NCBI GenBank assembly: GCA_963748015.1
Contig: CAVVHE010000004.1
Location: 1,536,001 to 1,600,000 of the forward strand
Direction: 5' to 3'
Origin: Terriglobia bacterium
Lineage (GTDB): Bacteria; Acidobacteriota; Polarisedimenticolia; Polarisedimenticolales; JAIQFR01
Length of the DNA: 64,000 bases
Shown: piece by piece, positions 8,615-16,802 of the stretch
How positions within the stretch are numbered: position 1 is the first letter of the stretch
Layout of the letters: each line of letters opens with the position of its first letter
Position numbers and translations under genes: made by a program
Notes under the pieces: model-generated
Seen by the model: only the letters and a program-made list of their open reading frames with translations
What the model was told of the DNA's origin: nothing
The model's database searches: none

Positions 8615-8954
8615 ATGCCCGATAATCGCATCAAGATTGCGCCCAATACAGTGGCCGATGCCGACGGGGAACCGCAAGCTCGTCGTGGAGTTCGCCATCC
8701 CAGGAGCGCCAACGGATACCATCGACGTGAAGATCCTGGAAGAGAGCCTCCACCTGACGGCCCCGGCGAGGGACATCGAGTACGTTTCGGCGCTGGCCCT
8801 AGGTTGGCCGGTGAAACCCGGCAAAGCCGAAGCGACCTACGAGCACGGCCTGCTCCGAATCGAGGTGCCCTTCAAGGACCCGATGGAAGATGCCGTGAAG
8901 GTCACCATCAAAGCCGGTGGCGAGGCGACCAAGATCAAGACGTCCGGGGTTTGA
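8615..8954 (+). pseudogene. Hsp20/alpha-crystallin small heat-shock protein, frameshifted near 8670 (pseudogene or assembly error)
   Basis: RBS plus MPDNRIKIAPN in one frame; RKLVVEFAIPG...AEATYEHGLLRIEVP in another. Confidence 0.75.
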
Positions 8955-9039
8955 CGACCCGCTAGGTCGCTGCGCTAGAGGCGAGATCTCGGGGGCTTGT
9001 TGCGCCCGGGCGGGCCGCGACCCGGACTCGTTCCACCGT

Positions 9040-9200
9040 GCCCTGCCCGGCTCCCGGCCAAGGTCTTTCGCCCGCTTCAGGTACCTCCGGACCGTCTTCG
9101 CCGTACGGCCCGTACTCCGGGAGATCGCCATGCGACGTTCACTCCTTCCTGTTGGCGTTGCGACGCTCCTGTTTCCGGAAGAGGGTTGCGTTGCTCACAG
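9040..9200 (-). mobile_element. Possible remnant of an IS21-family istA N-terminal HTH
   Basis: Minus-strand peptide MAISRSTGRTAKTVRRYLKRAKDLG resembles an IstA HTH; the rest of the transposase is absent. Confidence 0.4.
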
Positions 9201-9311
9201 GAGGATTACGGATGGACGTAGCAGAGGCGGGTACCGCAACCCATCCGAAGCCGCTTCACAGGTTCATGCTCGCGTTCCACCCAGCAGCCTCTGTCCTGAA
9301 AGGAGGAGCAG

Positions 9312-10121
9312 ATGAGGTTTAGAGTTCTGTTTCTGTTCACGGCCCTCGTCGTCGCAGCATCCACCGCGTTACCCGCTCACGCCGGAGGGAACGCTAACTT
9401 CGTTCTCGGGGGGCGGTCAATGACCGACAGTAACAACTGGGAGCCCTTTGATTCCCAGGCACTGGCCGGCGTGACCGTGGACTTCGCTCCCGCGAAGTGG
9501 CCCATCAACTTCGAGACGGGAATTCAGGCCTCCGCCAAGACGATGAGCGGATACGGCCTGTACGGCGAGGACGTAACCGCGAGCATCGGGGAGATCTTCT
9601 TCGGTATCAACAAGACCTGGAACGCGAGCGGCGGCAGGATGCATCCGTACGTCGGCGGCGGCGTTGCCTCGGTTACCGCCAAGTTCGAAGACAGCAACGT
9701 CAGCGTCGACGACACCTCGGCCGGCTACTACGTGCACGGCGGGATCTTCTGGCGTCTCGGGCACCGCTTCAACATCGGCTTCGACATCCGTCTCCTCGGC
9801 GGGACAAAGATGGTCTTCGTAGGGATGGAGGGCGACTCGAACTACTCGCAGGCCGGCCTCGTCCTCGGCTGGGGGTGGCCCCGGAGCCAGTTGGGACTTG
9901 ATCCTAGTTTGACTGGCCGCTCGGCCGGGGCCGCTCCGCGAGGACCTCGAAATCCGCGTTATCCAGCGAGTCCGATGACACCCTCGATGGAAGGAACGGG
10001 AACACGGCCGACGACATCCAGGACGCCTCCCTGGGGACACCCGATTTCGATGCCCTGCTGCGGGTTGAGCGCGACGGGAACGGCCCAGGGCGGACCTACA
10101 CCATCGAATACGAGCTACTGA
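9312..10121 (+). CDS. Small outer-membrane beta-barrel protein (OmpA/OmpW-like); functional end probably near 9890
   Basis: AGGAGG RBS; signal peptide; HPYVGGG, GYYVHGGIFW and GLVLGWGW strands; tail after GWGWP looks non-coding. Confidence 0.8.
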   Translation: MRFRVLFLFTALVVAASTALPAHAGGNANFVLGGRSMTDSNNWEPFDSQALAGVTVDFAPAKWPINFETGIQASAKTMSGYGLYGEDVTASIGEIFFGINKTWNASGGRMHPYVGGGVASVTAKFEDSNVSVDDTSAGYYVHGGIFWRLGHRFNIGFDIRLLGGTKMVFVGMEGDSNYSQAGLVLGWGWPRSQLGLDPSLTGRSAGAAPRGPRNPRYPASPMTPSMEGTGTRPTTSRTPPWGHPISMPCCGLSATGTAQGGPTPSNTSY

Positions 10122-10310
10122 CGCGTCGGGGAACGTGGGGCTCACAACAGACGTTCTGAACGTTCCGCATGATCAGGGCGGGATCGAGGAACCCATCGCG
10201 TTGCGCGTGGATGATGCCGCACCAACCCTGGTGCACTTGGAGCCCATCTGCCGGGCCTAGCACGTCGATGCAATCCGTGGGAACCTCGACCAGGTTCGCG
10301 CAGGAGGATC
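9962..10310 (+). pseudogene. Decayed fragment of a secreted-protein C-terminal Ig/HYR-like region
   Basis: SSESDD...DIQDASLGTPDFDALLRVERDGNGPGRTYTIEYE, frameshift near 10113, then ATDASGNVG...VPHDQGG; TAG at 10258-10260, then HVDAIRGNL. Confidence 0.6.
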
Positions 10311-10457
10311 CAACTGCCCGAAACATGCCCAATACTTTAGTCTGGCCTAGTCCTCCCGCCGCTTCGTAATCAGCAGATCAATCTGTTCCCGTCTGGGTGG
10401 CGACAGCGATCGAATCCGCGGCGTCGCGAATCGCTCGAGGAAGGAAACGGTGAGGGG

Positions 10458-10632
10458 CTACCCCGACTTCGCGATGTCGTCCCCGGCGAGACCTGAGCGG
10501 GACGAGGGGCCCTCGTGCTCGGCGGCCCACTTGCGAATGCCGTCCTGGCGGGTGCCGCCGACCTCGTAGAGCTTCTGCTTGTCGAAGACCATCAGCTCGC
10601 GGGAGTGCCCGCCGACCACGCAGGTCTTCGAC
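10458..10632 (-). repeat. Diverged duplicate of the nuoI 3' end (matches 13978-14152)
   Basis: Gap-free 175-bp alignment at offset 3520, 14 mismatches by manual count (~92%), includes the stop codon. Confidence 0.95.
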
Positions 10633-10760
10633 TTCTGGCCCTCGATGCGCTCGAGCAAGCGATCCACTGGCTGCGCCCGGTACGTTTCCATCCTGGCGGC
10701 GGTGTTTTGAGCTCCGAGTCGTTGTATCTTCTGGCCAACATTCCTGCAGGAGCGACCAGC

Positions 10761-13700
10761 ATGGGAATAGGGTCACGGGCCGCAGGGTGGCTGGTGTTGG
10801 GGGCGGCGCTAGCCGCCCAGGCGCCGCCGCCGGCTGCGCCGGCAGTTCCGTTCACCGCGGGCACCGCCACCTGGGACGTGAAGACGCTCGGCAACCACCG
10901 CGCCGTGCTTCAGGTCGGACGGGCATCGCCCGCGGCGCACGCGGTGATCCCGTGGCGCCGCCGCGATCCGCGTCCGCAAGACGTGCGACTGGTGGTGGTG
11001 GACGAGACCACGGGAACCCGTGTCGCCAACGTGCGGCGCGGCACGATCGCCCGCGAGCGCGGTGACTTCTGGTTCGAGCCGGTCTCGGGCGCCGGGCGCT
11101 ACTTCGTGTACTACTTGCCGTTCGAAACCGCCGGGACCAACTACCCGAAGGTGACCTATCTCGCGCCGGACGACGCCCCGGCTCCCGCCTGGATCGCTCG
11201 CCTGGCCGATCGCGCCAACGTGGTCGAAGCGTCGGTTCTCGAGATCCAGGCGATCGACGACTTCAACAGCTTCTTTCCGATGGAGGTGATCGCCACCGCG
11301 GAGGAAACCGCGAGCCTCGTCGCCAGCAGCGCCGGCGCGGCCTACCTCGTCTTCCCCGAAGACCGCCGATACCCGATCCGCATGCGCGGTGACTTGCCGC
11401 AGCGCTGGTTTGCAAGAGGGGCGGGCGGCCCCGTCGCCGGCGAAGCCCGTCGCGGCGAGTTCTTCGCCTTCCAGCTCGGGCTGTACGCGATCGAGCCGTT
11501 GCGGGACGTGCAGGTGCGCTTCGGGGATCTCGTCGCCCCGGGCGGCGCTCGTATCGCCGCCGCACGCCTGCAGTGCATCAACGGACACGGGACCGGCTGG
11601 GACGGTCGCCCCTTTGCCGCGCCGGTGAACGTCGAGGCCAGGACGGTCCAGGCGCTGTGGTGCGCGGTGGACGTGCCCGTCGACGCGATCCCCGGACGTT
11701 ATGCGGGCACGGCCACGATCACGGCCGCGCAGCGACCGGCCACGCCGGTCGACATGGCTCTCACGGTGCTCGAGACGGAGGCACCGGACGGCGGCGCCGA
11801 CGAACCTTGGCTGCAGACGCGGCTGAACTGGCTGAACTCCACGCTCGGCCAGCGCAATGACGTCATCGCGCCGTATACGCCGCTGACGGTGTCGGCCAAC
11901 GCCATCTCCCTGCTGGGCCGCCGCGTCGTGCTCGGCGAAACGGGGCTTCCCGAGCACATCGAGACGTTTTTCGCGCCGGAGATGACCCGCCTGTGTCCGA
12001 CCCCGACCCCGGTTCTCGCGGCGCCGATGCGCTTTGTGGCCGTCGGGAAGGGCGGCACGACCCTGCCGCTGGCCGGCGGCGGCGTTCGCTTCACGGACGT
12101 GTCTCCGGGCACCGTGCGGTGGGAGTCGTCCGCGTCGGCCGGCGCGCTCACCGCGTTGGTCAGCGGCACGATCGAGTTCGACGGGTTCCTCTCGTACTCG
12201 ATCGCGGTCACCGCGTCGGCCGCCGTCGATCTCGATGACGTCCGGCTCGACATTCCTTTCGCGCCGCCTGCCTCCACCTACATGATGGGCCTCGGACAGA
12301 AGGGCGGCCGCAGGCCGGCCTCGTACGACTGGACGTGGGACGTCGCCACGAAGAACCAGGACGGGGCATGGATCGGCGGGGTCAACGCGGGGCTCTACTT
12401 CTCGCTCCGCGCGGAGAACTACAGCCGGCCGCTCAATACCAACTTCTACCTGCAGAAGCCCCTCAATCTCCCCCCCTCCTGGGGCAACGGCGGCAAGGGT
12501 GGCATCTCCATTCGCGAGGCCGGCGACCGGGTGCAGGTGAGCAGCTTCGGCGGCCCTCGCCGGATGCGTGCCGGCGAGACGCTCCACTACGACGTCGTCT
12601 TCATCGTGACGCCGTTCCACGTGATCGATACGGACGCACAGTGGCGGACCCGGTTCTACCACCGCTACGCCGACCCCGAGAGCGTGAAGGCGGCCGGGGC
12701 GACGGTGGTCAACATCCACCACGCCACGCCCATCAACCCGTGGATCAACTACCCCTTCATCGCCCACCGCGAGATGAAGGCCTACGTGGACGAGGCCCAC
12801 CGGCTCGGGTTGCTGGTGAAGATCTACGACACGGTCCGCGAGCTCTCGAATCACGCCCACGAGCTGTTCCCGCTTCGCAGCCTCGGCAACGAGGTGTTCA
12901 CGGCCGGGCCGGGCGGCGGCTTCTCCTGGCTACAGGAACACCTCGGCGACGACTACATGGCCGCGTGGTTCGTGCCCGCCCTGCAGGACGCCGCAATCAT
13001 CAACAGCGGGATGAGCCGCTGGCACAATTACTACGTCGAGGGGATGCGCTGGCTGGTCGACCACGTCGGCATCGACGGGCTCTACCTAGACGACGTCGCG
13101 TTCGACCGCACCACGATGAAGCGCGTCAAGCGGGTGCTCACCGCCGGCGGGCACCCGGGGATCATCGACCTGCACTCGGCCAACCAGTTCAACAAGCGGG
13201 ACGGGTTCGTCAACAGCGCGGTGCTGTACCTCGAGCACTTCCCGTACCTGAACCGCCTCTGGTTCGGCGAGTACTTCGACTACGAGGCGAACTCGCCCGA
13301 CTTCTATCTGACCGAGGTCAGCGGTATCCCCTTCGGCCTGATGGGAGAGATGCTGGAAGGCGGCGGAAACCCGTGGCGGGGCATGGTATACGGCATGACG
13401 AACCGCATGCCGTGGAACGAGAAGAGCGACCCGCGGCCCATCTGGCGGGCGTGGGACGCGTTCGGCATGCAGGGCACCGAGATGATCGGCTACTGGGTCC
13501 CCGCCAACCCGGTGAAGACCGACCGTCCCGACGTGCTCGCCACGGTGTACAGGAAGCCCGGCGCGGCTCTGGTCGCCGTCGCAAGCTGGGCGGAATCTGC
13601 CGTGCCCGTTTCCCTGCGCATCGACTGGGAGGCGCTGGGCATCGATCCGGCGCGTGCGCGCATCGAGGCCCCCGAGATTCCGTCCTTCCAGCCCGCGAGG

Positions 13701-13775
13701 CGGTTCTTGCCGGGTGAGCCGGTCCTGGTCGAGAGCGGCAAGGGGTGGCTGCTGGTCGTCACCGAGGCGCGCTGA
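10761..13775 (+). CDS. Large secreted putative glycoside hydrolase (DUF6067 / GH123-like N-domain)
   Basis: AGGAG RBS; signal peptide; GNHRAVL, IPWRRRD, NIHHATPINPWINYPF, GIDGLYLDD, LWFGEYFDY motifs. Confidence 0.8.
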   Translation: MGIGSRAAGWLVLGAALAAQAPPPAAPAVPFTAGTATWDVKTLGNHRAVLQVGRASPAAHAVIPWRRRDPRPQDVRLVVVDETTGTRVANVRRGTIARERGDFWFEPVSGAGRYFVYYLPFETAGTNYPKVTYLAPDDAPAPAWIARLADRANVVEASVLEIQAIDDFNSFFPMEVIATAEETASLVASSAGAAYLVFPEDRRYPIRMRGDLPQRWFARGAGGPVAGEARRGEFFAFQLGLYAIEPLRDVQVRFGDLVAPGGARIAAARLQCINGHGTGWDGRPFAAPVNVEARTVQALWCAVDVPVDAIPGRYAGTATITAAQRPATPVDMALTVLETEAPDGGADEPWLQTRLNWLNSTLGQRNDVIAPYTPLTVSANAISLLGRRVVLGETGLPEHIETFFAPEMTRLCPTPTPVLAAPMRFVAVGKGGTTLPLAGGGVRFTDVSPGTVRWESSASAGALTALVSGTIEFDGFLSYSIAVTASAAVDLDDVRLDIPFAPPASTYMMGLGQKGGRRPASYDWTWDVATKNQDGAWIGGVNAGLYFSLRAENYSRPLNTNFYLQKPLNLPPSWGNGGKGGISIREAGDRVQVSSFGGPRRMRAGETLHYDVVFIVTPFHVIDTDAQWRTRFYHRYADPESVKAAGATVVNIHHATPINPWINYPFIAHREMKAYVDEAHRLGLLVKIYDTVRELSNHAHELFPLRSLGNEVFTAGPGGGFSWLQEHLGDDYMAAWFVPALQDAAIINSGMSRWHNYYVEGMRWLVDHVGIDGLYLDDVAFDRTTMKRVKRVLTAGGHPGIIDLHSANQFNKRDGFVNSAVLYLEHFPYLNRLWFGEYFDYEANSPDFYLTEVSGIPFGLMGEMLEGGGNPWRGMVYGMTNRMPWNEKSDPRPIWRAWDAFGMQGTEMIGYWVPANPVKTDRPDVLATVYRKPGAALVAVASWAESAVPVSLRIDWEALGIDPARARIEAPEIPSFQPARRFLPGEPVLVESGKGWLLVVTEAR

Positions 13776-13832
13776 CGCCGCGCCCTGAACGGCGTCGTTC
13801 GGATCCGGTCCAAGCAGGGAATGGAGACTCCC

Positions 13833-13943
13833 GTGAAGCGGGTCACGCTCGCGCTGGCGGTCGCCGTCTGTTGCGGTCTCGTCGGCCCTGCGCGCGCCCA
13901 GGATGCGGGGCGCGCCGCATGCGGCGCTGATCGGTCCCCGTGA
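13833..13943 (+). pseudogene. Truncated gene: signal peptide only
   Basis: GGAG RBS, then GTG-KRVTLALAVAVCCGLVGPARA-QD, stop after 36 aa. Confidence 0.5.
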
Positions 13944-13977
13944 CGGTGTTGACGGATAGGAGGGAGAACTCCGGGAA

Positions 13978-14538
13978 CTACCCCGCCTTGGCGATGTCGT
14001 CCCCGTCGAGACCGGAGCGGGAGGAGGGGCCCTTGTTCTCTTCGGCCCACTTGCGGATGCCGTCCTGGCGGGTGCCGCCGACCTCGTAGAGCTTCTGCTT
14101 GTCGAAGATCATCAGCTCGCGGGAGTGCCCGACGACGACGTAGGTCTTCGACATGAAGATCGCTTCCTCGGGGCAGACCTCCTCGCACAGCCCGCAGTAG
14201 ATGCAGCGGAGCATGTTGATGTCGAATCTAGCGGGGTACTTCTCGATCTGGTGGAGCGGGTGCCCCTTCGGGTACTCCGCGGCCTCGATCGAGATGGCGA
14301 GGGGCGGGCAGACCCACTGGCACATGTAGCAGCCGACGCACTTCTCGCGCCCGTCCTGGTCCTTCACGAGAGAGGGAACGCCGCGGTAGGCCGGGCCGAA
14401 CTCGTGCTTCTGCTCGGGGTACTGGATGGTGTCCTTCTTCCGGAAGATGTGCCGGAAGGTCACGCCGAGCCCCGCCACGATGCTCGGGAGGTAGAGCCGG
14501 TCCCGGAGCGTGAGCTTCACCGGACGCTTCACCTTCAT
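13978..14538 (-). CDS. nuoI: NADH-quinone oxidoreductase subunit I (2x[4Fe-4S]), stand-alone
   Basis: TIQYPE, CVGCYMCQWVCP, FDINMLRCIYCGLCEEVCP. Confidence 0.9.
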   Translation of the reverse strand: MKVKRPVKLTLRDRLYLPSIVAGLGVTFRHIFRKKDTIQYPEQKHEFGPAYRGVPSLVKDQDGREKCVGCYMCQWVCPPLAISIEAAEYPKGHPLHQIEKYPARFDINMLRCIYCGLCEEVCPEEAIFMSKTYVVVGHSRELMIFDKQKLYEVGGTRQDGIRKWAEENKGPSSRSGLDGDDIAKAG

Positions 14539-14653
14539 GCGCGGACTCCCCTCGGACGGCCGCGCACCGAGCGCGCGGTCCGGCGATCCGACGATCTTAC
14601 CCTTTCCGTTTCGAGCGCGGCAACCGGTCCCCGCCCCGCGGCGGCCTCGCGGA

Positions 14654-16666
14654 TCAGCGCTCGATCAGCTGCGAGCGCAGGATCTGGGCGACGTCGAGCA
14701 CCTCGACCTTCTCCTGCCCTCCCACATCCGCCACGCCGTCCGACATCATCGTGAGACAGAACGGGCAGGCGACCGCCACGACGCCGGCGCCGCTCGCGAC
14801 CGCTTCCTGGGCGCGGTTCACGTTGACCTTGGTCCCGATCCGCTCCTCCATCCACATCCTGGCGCCGCCGGCCCCGCAGCAGAAGCCCGAATCGCGGCTC
14901 CTCGGCATCTCGACCAGGTCGAGGCCCGGCACCGCGGCGAGCGCCCGGCGCGGCGCGTCGTAGACCCCGTTGTGCCGGCCGAGGTAGCAGGAGTCGTGGA
15001 ACGTCGTCCTGGCCAGCGCGGCGGCCGCCGGCTTCAAGGGGATCCTCCCCTCCTCGGCGAGCTGCGCGAGCAGCTCGGTGTGGTGGATCACCTCGTAGTT
15101 CCCGCCGAGCTGCGGGTACTCGTTGCGCAGCGTGTTGAAGCAGTGCGGGCAGCTCGTGATGACCTTCTTCACGCCGTAGCCGTTCAGCGTCTCGATGTTC
15201 TGCGACGCGAGCATCTGGTACAGGTACTCGTTCCCCGCGCGCCGGGCCGGGTCGCCGGTGCAGGACTCCTCGATGCCGAGGATCGCGAAGCGGACCCCCG
15301 CGGCCTGGAGCAGCTCGGCCGTCGCGCGCACGATCTTCTTGTTCCGGTCGTCGAAGGCGCCTGCGCAGCCGACCCAGAGCAGGTACTCCACGTCCTTCGG
15401 CCCGTCCGCCATGACCGGGATGTCGAGCCCCTCCGCCCAGTCCGCGCGCGTCGAGGGGTCGAGCCCCCACGGGTTCCCCGCCTTCTCGAGGTTCTTGAAC
15501 GCGAGGGTCAGCTCGGGCGGGAACGCGCTGTCCTCCAGCACGAGCTTCCTGCGCATCCCGACGATCCGGTCGATGAACTCGATGAACAGCGGGCAGGCCT
15601 CCTCGCACGCGCGGCAGGTCGTGCACGACCAGAGGACGTCCTCGTGGATCGTCGCTCCCGGGAGCACCGGCGGCTCCCACCCCTCGGGCGCCTCCCGCCG
15701 GCCGAGCAGGAGCGGCAGCGCGGGCATGAGCGCGTGGCGCATGTCCTCGTTGATCCGCTTCGGGTTGAGCGGCTTGCCGGTCGCGTGGGCGGGGCACGCT
15801 TCCTGGCACCGGCCGCACTCGGTGCAGGAGTAGACGTCGAGGACGTCCTTCCACCTGAGGTCGGTCAGCGACGTGACGCCGAACCGCTCGGAGTTCTCGA
15901 GGTCCATCGCCGGCAGCGAGCCGGTGTCGAGCCGGCGGAAGAGCACCGACGGGAGCGACGTCACGACGTGGAAGTGCTTCGACATGGGAAGGAACACGAG
16001 GAAAACGAGGAGCGAGGCGAGGTGCAGCCACCACCCGCCGGCGTGGATCCCCGCCAGGGTGGACGGCGCGACGCCCCCGAAGAGGGGCGCCAGCGCGAGG
16101 CCGGCGGGGCAAGTGTAGCCGCCGGCCGTCCCGGTCACCGCCGTCTCGATCCCCGCCATGCCGAGGTCGGTGGCCATGAGCGTCGCGATCAGGCCCAGGA
16201 TCAGGCCGGCCTCCGAGGTCGGAGTGAGCCGAGCCGGGCGGACCACGACGCGCCGCCACGCGGCGACCGCCACGGCCCCGAGGACCGCGACCTCGAACAG
16301 GTCGCGGAACCACGCGTAGGCGGTCCCGAACGGCTGCCCGGGCCCGAGCCCCGGAACGTGGAATCCCTCGGCGAACCCGCGGCCGACGAACTGGACGGTG
16401 TTCACGGCGACGACGAGGAACCCCCAGAAGATCAGGGCGTGCATCAGCCCCGCGCCCCTGTAGGGGCGCGCCAGGATGCGCTTCTGGCCGATGAAGAACG
16501 CCAGCACCCCGCGGATGCGCTCCCACCACCGGTCGAGACGGTCCGAGGGCTGGGCCGCGGCGAGCATCGCCAGCCGCTCCTCCATCAGGTAACCGAAGGT
16601 CCCGATGGAAACCAGGAGCATCGCGACGAAGACCGCAAATCCCAGGGGCGAGTCCGTCGGCCTCAA
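14654..16666 (-). CDS. Membrane-bound Fe-S oxidoreductase (FadF/HdrD-like: TM domain, 4Fe-4S clusters, two CCG domains)
   Basis: CTECGRCQEACP, CTTCRACEEACP, CTGDPARRAGNE, HDSCYLGR, FCCGAGG; TTG start after GGAG. Confidence 0.9.
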   Translation of the reverse strand: MRPTDSPLGFAVFVAMLLVSIGTFGYLMEERLAMLAAAQPSDRLDRWWERIRGVLAFFIGQKRILARPYRGAGLMHALIFWGFLVVAVNTVQFVGRGFAEGFHVPGLGPGQPFGTAYAWFRDLFEVAVLGAVAVAAWRRVVVRPARLTPTSEAGLILGLIATLMATDLGMAGIETAVTGTAGGYTCPAGLALAPLFGGVAPSTLAGIHAGGWWLHLASLLVFLVFLPMSKHFHVVTSLPSVLFRRLDTGSLPAMDLENSERFGVTSLTDLRWKDVLDVYSCTECGRCQEACPAHATGKPLNPKRINEDMRHALMPALPLLLGRREAPEGWEPPVLPGATIHEDVLWSCTTCRACEEACPLFIEFIDRIVGMRRKLVLEDSAFPPELTLAFKNLEKAGNPWGLDPSTRADWAEGLDIPVMADGPKDVEYLLWVGCAGAFDDRNKKIVRATAELLQAAGVRFAILGIEESCTGDPARRAGNEYLYQMLASQNIETLNGYGVKKVITSCPHCFNTLRNEYPQLGGNYEVIHHTELLAQLAEEGRIPLKPAAAALARTTFHDSCYLGRHNGVYDAPRRALAAVPGLDLVEMPRSRDSGFCCGAGGARMWMEERIGTKVNVNRAQEAVASGAGVVAVACPFCLTMMSDGVADVGGQEKVEVLDVAQILRSQLIER

Positions 16667-16802
16667 GCGTTCTCCCCTCGAGCCCGCGCTGGAACGGGTC
16701 CGGAGCGCCCAGGTGGCCGGAACCTCGTGGGATCGTGCGATCCGTGACCGCCGCCGCGGTGCGGGATCGTAGCATAGGGGCCTGTCGGGCTACAAAGGCG
16801 AA

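Noticed and set aside
10633..10691. Functional chimeric 77-aa ORF using the duplicated nuoI tail
   Set aside because: Lacks both Fe-S motifs and a clear RBS; best treated as a junction by-product
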